From positions 32,001-96,000 of the forward strand of contig CBDFJF010000002.1 in the NCBI GenBank assembly GCA_965248265.1: DNA of 64,000 nucleotides, read 5' to 3'. The stretch comes from Candidatus Latescibacterota bacterium. Its GTDB lineage: Bacteria > Latescibacterota > UBA2968 > UBA8231. Shown piece after piece: positions 37,250-48,424 of the stretch. Made by a program: the position numbers and the translations under genes. The stretch's first letter is position 1; each line of letters opens with the position of its first letter. Below the pieces are notes generated by a model, which worked only from the letters and a program-made list of their open reading frames with translations, was not told the origin of the DNA and did no database searches.

Positions 37250-38125
37250 CTAAGTGCTCACCGCCTCTTCGATAGCGGCGCGTGACTGGGAACAGTAGTC
37301 GGGGACTGTTTCGAAGCCCACGAAATCGATGGCTCCCAGTTGCACGCAGGCGACTGCACTGTTGCCGATGCCCAGGAAGGGGTCGACTACCAGGTCGGCG
37401 CGCCCGGTGCCGTGAAGCTGCACGCACATCTTCGGAATTTTCACCGGAAAAGAAGCTGGATGCGGTCGCTGCCTGGCGCGGTTCTGGATCGTCCGATACG
37501 GCACGAACCAGGTGTTGCCCCGGCACCGCACATCCTCGCCAGCGCCCCCGCTCCAACGGCGGACGTTGGATTTGTCCTGGTACTCGACGCCCAGCGCAAG
37601 ACGGTCCAGTTCGACATTTCCCTGCTTAGTCAGATGGAAGATGTATTCGTGGCAGTCGTTTATGTAGCGCGGGCTGTTGATCGGTTTGTAGTGTCCTACT
37701 GAGACGTTGGCATTTATTCCCGGATATCGCCCCACGTCCTCTTTCTGGATGGCGATCGATTTGATCCAGTGAATGACGTTCTGTAGCTCAAAGTGTTCTC
37801 GCAACGCGTGCAGGACCTCGAACGGTCCCCACGGCTGAGACGGTTTGCCTCCGATGTTGAGAAAGAGGGAACCCCGATCGCTGAGGATCTCACGCACGAC
37901 GGCTCCCCACTGCCCCATGAAGGACAGGTATTCGCCACGCGCCATGGTGTCGTCGTAGCCGGTGTAGTCCGTGCCCAAATTGTACGGTGGTGAGGTCACG
38001 ACGACGTCTACGGACCCAACGCGCAGACGATCGCGCATGCCTTCGATGCAGTCGAGGTTGACGACCTCTATACGGGAGCCGCGCGACTCGATCTCGAAGT
38101 GGGTTGAGGAGTAGGACTCGCTCAT
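37250..38125 (-). CDS. Orphan beta-class N4/N6 DNA methyltransferase
   Basis: VTSPPYN before HPASFP and DPFLGIG; no restriction endonuclease adjacent. Confidence 0.9.
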   Translation of the reverse strand: MSESYSSTHFEIESRGSRIEVVNLDCIEGMRDRLRVGSVDVVVTSPPYNLGTDYTGYDDTMARGEYLSFMGQWGAVVREILSDRGSLFLNIGGKPSQPWGPFEVLHALREHFELQNVIHWIKSIAIQKEDVGRYPGINANVSVGHYKPINSPRYINDCHEYIFHLTKQGNVELDRLALGVEYQDKSNVRRWSGGAGEDVRCRGNTWFVPYRTIQNRARQRPHPASFPVKIPKMCVQLHGTGRADLVVDPFLGIGNSAVACVQLGAIDFVGFETVPDYCSQSRAAIEEAVST

Positions 38126-38152
38126 GAGCGAGTCCGGGCCGCAGGGGCAACG

Positions 38153-39781
38153 TTACCAGCCCAGGGCATAACCGTCGCGCCGTGGGTCGGCGCCCCCCAC
38201 GAAGGTCGAAGTGTCGGCGTCGACGTAAATTCCCTGACCGCCACCGACGCTCGGCGTCCAGTCGCCGCCCTCGAGGAGCAAGCGGTGCCCCCGTCGCTCC
38301 AACTCGGCGAGGACGTCGCCGTCGATTCGGGTCTCCGCCGTCACCTCGAGTCCGTCCATCGAACGCACCCGTGGCGCCTCTATGGCAGCCTGGATGCTCA
38401 TCCGGTGGTCGATGACGTTCATGATCATCTGAGGCGTCGTCTGCATGATGCCGTAGCTGCCAGGTGTGCCAATCAGGAACCGGAGTCCGGCCTCATCGAA
38501 CACCTGAACGGGGGACATGCACATCTCATTCTTCTTTGCCGGTCCGATGGCGTTGGGGCTCTGTGGTTCCATGTCGAACCATCTCATGAAGTTGTTCAAC
38601 GCCAGGCCCGTGCCGGGCACGACCATTCCGGACCCGAAGGTACTGCCCAGACTCTGCGTCACGCTGACGGCATTGCCCCGGTCGTCGATTGCATCGAAAT
38701 GGGTCGTGCACTCTGTTTTCATCCACGCGTAGGGATCCCCAGCATGCACCTCTGCTTCGGATCCGGCGGGCACGAAGCGCTCGCTTCTGGGTTGCGCGCG
38801 ATCACTGATCTGGGCCCGTCGCTGAGCCGCGTAGGCCTTCGACAACAGACCCGCCGTCGGCGGTTCGGCGATAGCTGCGTATTCAACCCGGTCGGCGATG
38901 GCGAGCTTGGCGGCTTCGAGGAAGGTGTGCAGGGTTTGCGCACTGTTGTGCCCCATCTCAGTGACATCGAACCCTTCCATGATGTTGAGCGTTTCCAGGT
39001 ACTGCACGGCCTGGCAGGGTGGCGGTGGTACGCAAACGCGAAAGCCACGGTAGTCGACGTCCACGGGGTCTAGCCATGCCGGGGTGAAACCGGCGAGGTC
39101 TTCTGCCGTGATAAGCCCACCATTGTTCGATAGGAAGGCGACGATCTTGTCGGCGATGGCGCCACGGTAGAAGGCATCGGGTCCGTCCGCGGCGATCATG
39201 CGGTAGGTCTCGGCCAGGTCCGCCTGCACCAAGACCTCGCCCGGCCGCGGCGCCCGTCCGTCAACCAGGTAGGTGGCGGCGCTGGTCTCATGCAACCCCG
39301 AGGCCCCACCACCAAAGAAGCGGCTACCCGTGGCGGTCATTCCGATACCCTGTTCAGCGTATTCGATCGCCGGCTCGAACACCGTGGCCGCGTCCATGGT
39401 GCCGTAGCGCTCGAGCGCCGCCAACCAACCGCCGCAGGCTCCTGGAACGATCGGTGACAACGGACCCCTGTCGATCTGGTCGACGTTGTCGAAGAGCGAC
39501 AACTCGGCTGCAAGTGGCGTCAAGCCGACATAATCTAGAATCTGGTGCTCGTTCCGGGACGCGCACGAAATGTTCATGTAGCCGATTCCGCCCAAACCGG
39601 ACATGAACGGTTCAGCGACATTGAGCGCGGCTGCCGTGGCCACCGCCGCGTCGACGGCATTACCGCCAGCCATCAGGATGCGCAAACCCGCCACCGAGGC
39701 CAGCGGATGGGCGGAGGCGATCATCCCCCGCCTGCCCGTCACCGTCGGGCGGTGACACGTTCCTCTTGAAGGGAAAGCCAT
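38153..39781 (-). CDS. ggt: Gamma-glutamyltransferase family protein
   Basis: GGNAVDAAVA, EPFMSGLGG, TTH nucleophile, GTPG, DPRRDG. Start at MAFPS. Confidence 0.92.
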   Translation of the reverse strand: MAFPSRGTCHRPTVTGRRGMIASAHPLASVAGLRILMAGGNAVDAAVATAAALNVAEPFMSGLGGIGYMNISCASRNEHQILDYVGLTPLAAELSLFDNVDQIDRGPLSPIVPGACGGWLAALERYGTMDAATVFEPAIEYAEQGIGMTATGSRFFGGGASGLHETSAATYLVDGRAPRPGEVLVQADLAETYRMIAADGPDAFYRGAIADKIVAFLSNNGGLITAEDLAGFTPAWLDPVDVDYRGFRVCVPPPPCQAVQYLETLNIMEGFDVTEMGHNSAQTLHTFLEAAKLAIADRVEYAAIAEPPTAGLLSKAYAAQRRAQISDRAQPRSERFVPAGSEAEVHAGDPYAWMKTECTTHFDAIDDRGNAVSVTQSLGSTFGSGMVVPGTGLALNNFMRWFDMEPQSPNAIGPAKKNEMCMSPVQVFDEAGLRFLIGTPGSYGIMQTTPQMIMNVIDHRMSIQAAIEAPRVRSMDGLEVTAETRIDGDVLAELERRGHRLLLEGGDWTPSVGGGQGIYVDADTSTFVGGADPRRDGYALGW

Positions 39782-39938
39782 TAGACAGACACCTGTGCCA
39801 AGGTTAATTTTCAGGCATTGTAGACGCGCCGGAACATACTGCGGACGAGACTCATTGTACACAGACTCAAATCCGCGAGTCAATGGCGTCGACTACGTTA
39901 TTAACTGAACGAACAACACCCTGTTTAACGAGTACCAG

Positions 39939-41024
39939 GTGCACATGTCCAGGACGATCATAGATCGAACGATAGATCTGCGCAGCGATACGGTCACCCA
40001 GCCCACGGAAGCGATGCGGGAGGCCATGCGCCACGCCGAGGTTGGCGACGACGTCAAATCCGAAGACCCGACCGTCAATCGCCTCCAGCAACTGGCGGCC
40101 GAGACCGTGGGTACCGAGGCGGCTCTGTTTGTCGCCAGCGGCACGATGGGCAATACCTGCGCGCTACTGGCCCACTCGCGTCATGGAGAGGAAGTCCTCT
40201 TCGAAGCCCAGTCTCACATGTATAACTGGGAGGCCGGCGGGTATGCCGTGCTTGCCGGACTGGCGGCAAAGGCCGTTCCGGGCAAGGATGGAGTGATGCT
40301 GCCACAGCAGGTCGCCGAATTCGTGCGTGCGGAGAATCCACACCTGCCCCGTGCCCGTCTCGTCTGTATCGAAAACACGCACAACATGGCGGGCGGCCAC
40401 GCCCTCACGCCTGCAGAAATCGAAGCCGTTGCGGCGGCGGCACAGGAACATGGATTCAAGCTGCACATCGACGGAGCCCGCATTTTCAATGCGGCAGTCG
40501 CCCTCGGTGTCGACGTGCGCGAGCTCGTTCGCCCGGCCGATTCGGTCATGTTCTGTCTCTCGAAAGGCCTCAGCGCTCCAGTTGGATCACTCCTGTGCGG
40601 CACCCGTGCCTTCATCGACGAGGCATACCGTGCTCGCAAACGGTTGGGCGGTGCCATGCGGCAGGTTGGCGTCATCGCCGCCGCCGGTATTGTCGCGTTG
40701 GAGGAGAGTTCCATCCAACGCCTGGCCGAAGACCACGACAACGCGCGCCGGTTGCATGCTGGACTCAACGCCATCGAGGGCTTCCGCGCCGAGCAACCGC
40801 CTCGCCCCACCAACTTCGCGATCGCCAATGTGACTGATCTGGGGTGGGACCAGGCGCAGCTGCTGGCGGCCTGGAATAAACGTGGCATATTGGCCAGTCC
40901 GCGACCCGGAGCCAGAGCTCGTCTGGTCACCCATCGTCACATATCCAGTTCGGACATCGACTACGTAATCGAGGCCACGGCCGAGATGGTGAACCAACCG
41001 GCGACGGCCACGGCAGCGACCTGA
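39939..41024 (+). CDS. ltaE: Low-specificity L-threonine aldolase
   Basis: [42 protein letters not shown]. Confidence 0.93.
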   Translation: MHMSRTIIDRTIDLRSDTVTQPTEAMREAMRHAEVGDDVKSEDPTVNRLQQLAAETVGTEAALFVASGTMGNTCALLAHSRHGEEVLFEAQSHMYNWEAGGYAVLAGLAAKAVPGKDGVMLPQQVAEFVRAENPHLPRARLVCIENTHNMAGGHALTPAEIEAVAAAAQEHGFKLHIDGARIFNAAVALGVDVRELVRPADSVMFCLSKGLSAPVGSLLCGTRAFIDEAYRARKRLGGAMRQVGVIAAAGIVALEESSIQRLAEDHDNARRLHAGLNAIEGFRAEQPPRPTNFAIANVTDLGWDQAQLLAAWNKRGILASPRPGARARLVTHRHISSSDIDYVIEATAEMVNQPATATAAT

Positions 41025-41041
41025 GACTCGCCGAGCACAGG

Positions 41042-43519
41042 GTGTCGCTGCCTGCGATTGATGCATGCCGCCGGGCGCTGCTGACAGCCGCCGTCGTCGT
41101 CATCAGCGCCACGTCGGGATGCGCGACCTCCGAGCCGGAGCTCATAGCGGAGGAAGTCGACGAGGACGGCGCTTCGGAGTCGATCCCGGTGACGCACGCA
41201 GGCCCTGCCAACCGCCTGCAGCACGAAACCAGCCCATACCTGCTCCTGCACGCTCACAACCCCGTCGACTGGTACCCCTGGGGAGCCGAGGCCTTCGAGC
41301 GTGCCCGTCGTGAGGACAAGCCGATCTTCCTGTCGGTGGGATACTCGACCTGCTACTGGTGTCACGTGATGGAGCGAAGGGTGTTCGCCGACCCCGAGAT
41401 CGCTGCTGTCATGAACCGCTGGTACATCAACATCAAGGTGGATCGTGAAGAGCGGCCCGACATCGATCAGATCTACATGACGGCGACCCATCTGATGAAT
41501 CGACATGGCGGCTGGCCCATGTCCGTATTCCTAACTCCCGACCTGCTGCCGTTTTTCGCCGGTACCTATTTCCCGCCCCAGGATGCGCACGGACGTCCGG
41601 GTTTCGTGCGGGTGTTGAACTCGCTGAACGAATACTGGACCCAGAGGCGTGCGGAGGTCGACGAAGTGGCCCAGCAGGTCACCGCTCAAATCCGTCAGAT
41701 CCACTCAGAGGATGCTGCGTTGGCCGCCGTCGATCCCGACTCCACCATGATCAAGCGCGCGGTTGACACGATCAAGCAACAGTATGACTCGGCCAACGGT
41801 GGGTTCGGCGGAGCGCCGAAGTTTCCGCCGACGATGCGTCTCGAGCTGCTGCTGGACGCCTGGGAATCGTGGAATGACGAGCAGGCATTACACATCGTCA
41901 CGCACACCCTCGACGCCATGGCCGCCGGCGGTATCCACGACCAGATCGGCGGCGGTTTTCATCGCTATTCAACAGACGCTCAGTGGCTGGTTCCGCACTT
42001 CGAGAAAATGCTCTACAACCAGGCTCAGCAGGCGCGTACCTATCTGCGCGCCTATGAACTGGTCGGCACGTTGCGCTGGCGACGGGTTGCCGAGGACGTC
42101 CTGCAGTACGTGGCCCGGGAAATGACTGCTCCTGAAGGCGGCTTTTACTCCGCGCTCGATGCGGAGACCGATGCGGTCGAGGGTAAGTATTACGTGTGGA
42201 CGGAGTCGGAGATCCGGCAACAGCTGGGTCAGCAGGCCGGTCGCTTTTTTGAATTGTTTCGGTTGGCACCCGTTCCGGAGGTCGAGGGGGCGGGCGTCAT
42301 CCACATCGCCGGCAGCTACGCCCAGGCGGCCGCCACCCTCGATCTTGATGACAACTTCGAAGAGGCGCGCCGGGTGCTCTACCGCAGCCGCTCCGAACGC
42401 CGTTACCCACTGCTGGACGACAAGATCATCACCGCATGGAACGGCATGATGATCGCCACCTGCGCCGAGGCCTTTCGCATTCTCGGGCACGAGCCTTACC
42501 GCCAGGCTGCCGAACGCGCGGCGAGTTTCGCGGCAGAACACCTGGTCACAGACCAGGGAGCGCTCAAACGCGTCTATCGGGCGGGCGCCGCCAAACACGA
42601 CGGCTATCTCGAGGACTACGCGCACTTTGCCGACGGCCTTCTGGTTCTGTACGCGGCCACCGGCACGCGGCGATGGCTGGATCTGGCCACCGTCGTCGTC
42701 GATCAAATGGTCACCCGTTTCTGGGACCCTGAAGTGGGAGGGTTCTATTATTCACAAGAAGGTGGGGATGATCTGATTGTCCGTGTCAAGAAGGCGACCG
42801 ATTCTGCTCTGCCCTCGGCCAACGCCGTAGCCACGCGCTGTCTCATCACTATGGCAAGGGCGAGTCATTCGGGCCGTGAGGATTTACGCTCAAAGGCTTT
42901 CCAGACTCTGCGTGCGTTCGGCGGAGTCATGGCTCGGCAACCGTCTGCCTACACCTCCATGATCGGTGCAGCATGGGACCTTCTGGATCCCTCACAGGCT
43001 CGCGCGCTCGCTCCGGCGAGACAATCCAGGGCAGAGCTCCCGTCCCCGGGGATGGCTCAGACAGTGGCTCCCCCGGACTCCATCGTCCGGGCTGCCGCGG
43101 TACTGAGCATGGATCAGGTCGCTCCTGGCGAAACCTTCCAGGCCTCCGTCGATGTCCGTATAAGTGAGGGGTGGCATATCAACGCCAATCCCGCGTCCGA
43201 ACATTGGCTGATTCCGACGTCGCTAACGGTGAACAGCCTCGACCTGCCACTGGAAGTGCAAGATGTGCGGTACCCGGAACCCAGGCGTCTGCATGTTGCC
43301 GGCACGGAGGACTCGTTGGACGTGTACGACGGCACGGTCCGCCTCGTCAGTACCATGCAGCTCTCGTCAAAGGCACCAGTCGGTCAGGACGGTATCGTAC
43401 GGTTGATAATCCAGTACCAGGCGTGCGACGATGGAGGGATTTGCCTGCAGCCGGCAGAATGGGTGGGCGTGGTTTCAGTCAGGGTCACGGCCAGCGCTTC
43501 GGCGGCGGCCGCTAACTAA
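41042..43519 (+). CDS. YyaL/SSP411 (DUF255) thioredoxin-domain protein fused to a DsbD N-terminal-like domain; lipoprotein
   Basis: [40 protein letters not shown]; C-terminal GWHINANP...[13 protein letters not shown]; lipobox ATSGC. Confidence 0.9.
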   Translation: MSLPAIDACRRALLTAAVVVISATSGCATSEPELIAEEVDEDGASESIPVTHAGPANRLQHETSPYLLLHAHNPVDWYPWGAEAFERARREDKPIFLSVGYSTCYWCHVMERRVFADPEIAAVMNRWYINIKVDREERPDIDQIYMTATHLMNRHGGWPMSVFLTPDLLPFFAGTYFPPQDAHGRPGFVRVLNSLNEYWTQRRAEVDEVAQQVTAQIRQIHSEDAALAAVDPDSTMIKRAVDTIKQQYDSANGGFGGAPKFPPTMRLELLLDAWESWNDEQALHIVTHTLDAMAAGGIHDQIGGGFHRYSTDAQWLVPHFEKMLYNQAQQARTYLRAYELVGTLRWRRVAEDVLQYVAREMTAPEGGFYSALDAETDAVEGKYYVWTESEIRQQLGQQAGRFFELFRLAPVPEVEGAGVIHIAGSYAQAAATLDLDDNFEEARRVLYRSRSERRYPLLDDKIITAWNGMMIATCAEAFRILGHEPYRQAAERAASFAAEHLVTDQGALKRVYRAGAAKHDGYLEDYAHFADGLLVLYAATGTRRWLDLATVVVDQMVTRFWDPEVGGFYYSQEGGDDLIVRVKKATDSALPSANAVATRCLITMARASHSGREDLRSKAFQTLRAFGGVMARQPSAYTSMIGAAWDLLDPSQARALAPARQSRAELPSPGMAQTVAPPDSIVRAAAVLSMDQVAPGETFQASVDVRISEGWHINANPASEHWLIPTSLTVNSLDLPLEVQDVRYPEPRRLHVAGTEDSLDVYDGTVRLVSTMQLSSKAPVGQDGIVRLIIQYQACDDGGICLQPAEWVGVVSVRVTASASAAAAN

Positions 43520-44603
43520 GCTGACCGCCACAGGAACTGCCGGCGCCCGCCGTGCAACCAAAGCAGTGGTCGGCGACGGCGATCGATCCCTGGCAGAATT
43601 CCTCGAGTGATTCGATTTCCCAGATGGTCCTGTGCGCTCCGGGCACCGGTATCTCCAGCATCTGATTGAAGTCGCAATCGAATAGCTCGCCTTCCCATCC
43701 GATGGAGATCAAATCGCGACACATGACATCTTCGGTGGTGTCGGGGTTGAAGCTGTCGACGAGCAAGTGCATGTATTCGTCCAACTGAGCTGCGTGCTTC
43801 AAATCGTACAAAAAACGTTTGATCGGCATGTTGGTGATGGTGTACAGGCCGTTGAAGACGATGCCGAAGTCTTCGCCCAGACGCTCTTTGTAATCCGCTT
43901 CAAGCTCAGATTGGGAAGGCGGCAGAGAGGGGCCGACGGGGTTGTATACCAGGTCCAGGGACAACCCTGATCCCGGTTGGCCATATCCGAAATCGTTGAG
44001 AATTTGCAGCGCCTTGATGCTCTTCGCGAACACGCCCCGACCGCGCTGCTTCTCCACGTTCTCCCGTGAATAACACGGCATCGAAGCGACGATATCGACC
44101 TGGTTGTCGCGCAGGAACCGAGCCGTGTCCTCCTGTCCCCGCTCGAACAACACGGTGAGGTTGCAGCGGTCGATGACGCGTAGTCCCCGAGTGCGAGCGG
44201 CCTCGACCAGGAACCTGAAGTTGGGATTGAGTTCGGGAGCGCCGCCGGTGATATCCAGGAGCGACAGGTCCTCGCTCCCTGACAATTCCATTAACTCGAC
44301 GACGCGAGCTGCTGTTGCTCGCGTCATCTGCTCCGGCCGCCGGGGGCCAGCTTCCACGTGACAATGACGGCAGGTCTGGTTGCACAACTTGCCGACATTG
44401 ACTTGCAGCGTGGTCAAGCGACGGCGCAACAGAGGTGCCGCGCGTTCGGCGACCGTGCGTTCGAACGAAGGCCAGCTGCCCACCAATTCGTCGCGTAGCA
44501 CGGCGCGAGCAGTGCGCGAATCGTCACCAGCTCCAGGGCCGGTTTCGGGGCAGACCTCGGCACTCTTTTGAAGCGGTCTTATCTGGTGCAAAGCGGTCGT
44601 CAT
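43512..44603 (-). CDS. arsS: Arsenosugar-biosynthesis-type radical SAM protein ArsS (DUF3641 C-domain), Cys form
   Basis: [54 protein letters not shown]. Confidence 0.88.
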   Translation of the reverse strand: MTTALHQIRPLQKSAEVCPETGPGAGDDSRTARAVLRDELVGSWPSFERTVAERAAPLLRRRLTTLQVNVGKLCNQTCRHCHVEAGPRRPEQMTRATAARVVELMELSGSEDLSLLDITGGAPELNPNFRFLVEAARTRGLRVIDRCNLTVLFERGQEDTARFLRDNQVDIVASMPCYSRENVEKQRGRGVFAKSIKALQILNDFGYGQPGSGLSLDLVYNPVGPSLPPSQSELEADYKERLGEDFGIVFNGLYTITNMPIKRFLYDLKHAAQLDEYMHLLVDSFNPDTTEDVMCRDLISIGWEGELFDCDFNQMLEIPVPGAHRTIWEIESLEEFCQGSIAVADHCFGCTAGAGSSCGGQLS

Positions 44604-44741
44604 AGGTCACAAAGTATGCCGATCGGTGCCGGCATTTGCAAATCGTTTTCTGCGGATCGCCGGTCAGGGATAGCGCAGCTCCAGTGAGTCTTCATCGACT
44701 CCAACTCCGGCACTTGCGGTTCGCGTAGATCCTGCAGTTCA

Positions 44742-45482
44742 TCAATGGCCCAGTCTGTTCCACGGGTTGGCATCGGGATACTCCATAAACTTGGTGTCAG
44801 GGTGGAGCTCGTGCCATTCGCGCCACGACGCTCTCGTCGACGGCAGCGCCGGCAGGAACCGATCCTGCAACGGGCCGGCGATTCCCGTGAGCCCGTCGGT
44901 ATCAGGCAACGGGTACCACAGAGTACCGGTCTCCTTGTCGTACAGCACGAACGTGCGGTTATAGGTCCATCCACTGGCGGCAAGGGTGAGGTGCTGACCG
45001 TCTAATTCGCGGCTGTACACGGCAGCCAGATCGACCAGGGGTCAGTAGGCGACCGCGGCCTCCGTCGCCCCGACGCTTTCATTGACGACTTCGTGACGCA
45101 CCAGCTGGTCCACTGGATAACTGCGAGCCTCCCCCTCGATGACGGCACCGATAACGTCTGGGCCGCGATTCCACCCCGATCCGTATGCGGGGTAGCCTCG
45201 ATCCCCTTCCGTCAGCATGCCAGGCTGATTCAGCGGCCGTATCGTGTTCTTGCCGATGCCGAACTCGAAGCCGCGCCGGTGCATGTGGTAGCGCTCTATG
45301 GCGTGGGTTATGTCGAAGCGCTCGCCGTAGCGATCGGTGATGTGGACGCGCCGCTGCGGCTCCTCTCCGTGGACATCAGGGCTGTACTGCGTAGTCGGCA
45401 CCGTACATGAGAAGATCACCATGCCGGTCAGCGCGAGTTCGGCCGCGCGGAGACCGGCGTGAACGAGAGCACGAGAATTCAT
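44742..45482 (-). CDS. DUF3179 family selenoprotein (in-frame UGA at 45044-45042), lipoprotein
   Basis: Two ORF-track pieces join in frame: ...HEVVNESVGATEAAVAY-U-PLVDLAAVYSR...SGWTYNRTFVLYDKETGTLW...WREWHELHPDT. U aligns with C in the paralog's ATYCPL. ATGA overlap with the upstream gene. Confidence 0.85.
45011..45027 (-). promoter_or_regulatory. SECIS-like hairpin
   Basis: GGCTG-CCGTGTA-CAGCC with the loop 19 nt after the UGA; a lower stem TGGTCG/CGGTCA is possible. Confidence 0.55.
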
Positions 45483-46690
45483 GGGTTTGCGCTCTCCATA
45501 CCCGCTCCGCTGATGGTGGTCGATTTGATGCTTCCCCAGCTGTCGTCCTCGATGGCCGTGGGCGGTTCGATATTTGATCCGTCCCAGATCTGTGTCAGGG
45601 GCCAAAAGCTGGCCCAACCGAACCAGTAGGCGCTGTAGGTGCCAATCTGGACAAGGCGCTGGCCAACCAGTGGGCCCGCTGTCGCCTCACCTTTCACATT
45701 CCAGGTGGACCCGGTTTCAGTGTCCTCGAACAGCGACAGGCCGCTGCTTTCGTCGAGGCCGGAGTAGAAAAAATGCAGCAATTGATCTCCGGACTCGCGC
45801 ACGAAGCCCTGGGCAAGATGTCCTTGTGGTTCGTAGAAAACGACGATGTCATTACCGTCGAAGACCTGGTTGGCGACTCGGCCCTGTTCCAAATCGCTGT
45901 ACATGAAAGCGATCGAGATCCCGTCACCCCGGGCCAGGCCGAAGACCATCTCCTTGGGATGTCGCCTCTGATCGATGGGCGGGGTTTGGGGGAAGAAGAT
46001 CCGTGTGTCCTGGGTGTAGCCGAAGTTGACGAACACGTTGGACAGGTAGTTACGGCCACTGTATCCGGTCGCCTCCGACAACACCCGGGTACCCGGAAAC
46101 AGCTGCTTCCAGACGCCCAGCGTCGTCTGCGCGACCGGCAATGGGGTCAGGTGTTCGCCGGCGCGGTCGCCGAAGATGCTGCCCAGAGCCATCTGTGACC
46201 AGGTACTGAAGGTCTCCCTGTCGTACATGACGACGTTGTTGTTAAAGAGTGCTCCGGTATTTCCAAAGTCGATGTCGGCCGCTTCGAAGAGGGCAGCCGA
46301 GTTTGTCAACGGACAGTAGGTCGCGACCATGCGGTGGCCGGCAATATCATGTTCGACGAGTTCGTGGAAGTTCATGATGCTGAACGGGTAGGCGAAAGCC
46401 TCGCCCTCGATGGCTACGCCGACGACCATTTCATCGTCGCCGTAGCTGGATTCGTCTACAGCTACGAAGAGCGGATCGAACAGCGGTGGGATCCCGTCCA
46501 AGGGCACATCCGGGATGATCTCATCGGCTGGCACCGGGCCGTCCAGGAATGAGATGATGCCCACCAGGAAGCTCGGAAACGGGGAAGCGGATGCAGCCCC
46601 ACCTATTATCATGGCCGCGACCGAGAGCAGGGCGGCTACGCGTACACGAGCGCGACGCTTACCAACGAGATTTTCGTTCGATTCCTGCAC
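45479..46690 (-). CDS. DUF3179 family protein (Cys form), exported, with C-terminal SWGxIK motif
   Basis: DGIPPL, AYPF..M.FHELV, TYCPLTNS, GALFNNNVVMYDRET.S.WSQ, YWFGW; ends PTAIEDDSWGSIK. Confidence 0.9.
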   Translation of the reverse strand: MQESNENLVGKRRARVRVAALLSVAAMIIGGAASASPFPSFLVGIISFLDGPVPADEIIPDVPLDGIPPLFDPLFVAVDESSYGDDEMVVGVAIEGEAFAYPFSIMNFHELVEHDIAGHRMVATYCPLTNSAALFEAADIDFGNTGALFNNNVVMYDRETFSTWSQMALGSIFGDRAGEHLTPLPVAQTTLGVWKQLFPGTRVLSEATGYSGRNYLSNVFVNFGYTQDTRIFFPQTPPIDQRRHPKEMVFGLARGDGISIAFMYSDLEQGRVANQVFDGNDIVVFYEPQGHLAQGFVRESGDQLLHFFYSGLDESSGLSLFEDTETGSTWNVKGEATAGPLVGQRLVQIGTYSAYWFGWASFWPLTQIWDGSNIEPPTAIEDDSWGSIKSTTISGAGMESANP

Positions 46691-46941
46691 TTTTCACATC
46701 CTGGTTCATGCGGCAGAGCGGATTGAACGCTACAACAAAAAAATAGGCAATACCGAGATCAGACTACGTGAACTTTTCACCGCACAAGCACTTCGTACGA
46801 CCTTTGTTCTCCTTCAGACTGCCTCCTGAAGCCTCCATGAGCGCCCTGTTTTTTCGGGCGTTTTTTCTTTATTTTCAATGACTTGGCAAAATAGCACAGA
46901 GATATCACAAACATCACTGAAGCAACCGTATAAGAGACCCT

Positions 46942-48417
46942 ATGGCGCTCAAAGTCACCGCTTCTCTGCTCATCGTCGGTCTGCTGGCCACCCAGGAGGG
47001 CATCCTGGCCCAGGAATCGACAGTCGAACAACTCCAGGAGCTGCAGGAACTGCGCAACGAGGTCGAGAGGCGGCGCGGTGATATGCGCAGGGAGCTCAGG
47101 CTGCTGCAACAGGTACTGGGAGAAGACGAGCGCTCCGGTCAGCTCAACGAATATGAACGCTCGTTGCAGTCGATGACCTCCGACGAGCTGGCTGCGGAGT
47201 TGAGAATACTGCGGGAAGACCTCGAGCGTCTGCGTCAGGACATGGAGCAGCGCAACAAAGTCGGGGAGCAACCCCGGTTCACGGTGACGGGTCAGATTCG
47301 CAATCGAATGGAGTGGTCGGATCTGGATTTCACCAGCGGTGATGGCGATGTGGTTGAACTGCTGCGCTCCCGGTTGCGCGTGACCGCACGACCTCAAAAG
47401 GAGACCACCATCGTGGTCGAGGTACAGGATGCGCGGCAGTGGGGCGAAGAAGCCAATACCCTGGATGGCAGCGCCGGCCAGTTGGATTTCCACCAGGCCT
47501 ACCTGAAGCTCGAGAGCATGTTCGGACAACCGTTCAGTTTCACCGTCGGCCGACAGGAACTGGTCTATGGCAGTGAGCGACTGGTAGGGGCTGTCGGCTG
47601 GAGCAACACGGGACGCGCCTTTGACGCCCTGCGACTGCATTTCGGCGAGGAGTCTCATGGTGAGCTATTCGTCGCCAAATTGGATGAAAAGGGTATCCGC
47701 GGAGAGAGCACTCGAGATCGCAACCTTTGGGGGATCGAGGGACATCTCCAACGTGATCACCATGCCGCGGAACCGTATGCGCTGTTCGAGCATGACAAGA
47801 ACACAGGGGCGAATCGTCTGCGGCGCGCCACGGCGGGTCTGCGCGGCGCCGGCCAGCTCGTGACGGCGGCAGGCCATATTTTCGGTTACGAGCTGGAGGG
47901 AGCCGGTCAGTTGGGCGACGTCGGTGCTGACGAAGTCAAGGCGTTCATGGCAAGCGGACGCCTCAGTTACGAAGGGCCAGGCTGGAACAGACCATATGTA
48001 ACCGCGGGTCTGGATTACCTCTCCGGCGACAGCACGCCGGCCGACGATCAGGTCAAGGTGTTCGACACCCTGTTTGCCACCAACCACGAGTTTTACGGGC
48101 TGATGGACCAGTTCACCGACATTCCCAACGACACCAATGGGCAGGGTCTGTCAGATTTCTACCTCAAGGGCGAGTTGTCGGCGTCCGAGTCTACGCGCCT
48201 GGCTCTCCATATTCACCACTTCACTTTCGCCAAGAGCACGGGTAGCGGGAAGAATCTGGGCCAGGAAGCCGATGTGCTTCTCACCCATACCCTCAATTCC
48301 GCGACGTCTGTCCAGTGGGGCGGTCTCATCTTCGTACCCGGCGACGCGACCAAGGCTTCATCGGGTGGCGAGGATCCGGCATTCAAGATGTACCTGCAGA
48401 CAACAGCCAGGTTCTGA
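46942..48417 (+). CDS. Alginate-export family outer-membrane beta-barrel with N-terminal coiled coil
   Basis: QDARQWG, HQAY, GRQELVYGSERLVGAVGWSNTGRAFD, SGD, TNHEFYGLMD, terminal F. Confidence 0.85.
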   Translation: MALKVTASLLIVGLLATQEGILAQESTVEQLQELQELRNEVERRRGDMRRELRLLQQVLGEDERSGQLNEYERSLQSMTSDELAAELRILREDLERLRQDMEQRNKVGEQPRFTVTGQIRNRMEWSDLDFTSGDGDVVELLRSRLRVTARPQKETTIVVEVQDARQWGEEANTLDGSAGQLDFHQAYLKLESMFGQPFSFTVGRQELVYGSERLVGAVGWSNTGRAFDALRLHFGEESHGELFVAKLDEKGIRGESTRDRNLWGIEGHLQRDHHAAEPYALFEHDKNTGANRLRRATAGLRGAGQLVTAAGHIFGYELEGAGQLGDVGADEVKAFMASGRLSYEGPGWNRPYVTAGLDYLSGDSTPADDQVKVFDTLFATNHEFYGLMDQFTDIPNDTNGQGLSDFYLKGELSASESTRLALHIHHFTFAKSTGSGKNLGQEADVLLTHTLNSATSVQWGGLIFVPGDATKASSGGEDPAFKMYLQTTARF

Positions 48418-48424
48418 GGACCCA

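Noticed and set aside
43512-43560. Possible Sec in the ArsS C-terminal GSSxGG motif
   Set aside because: The codon is TGT (Cys) and the gene ends at TAG.
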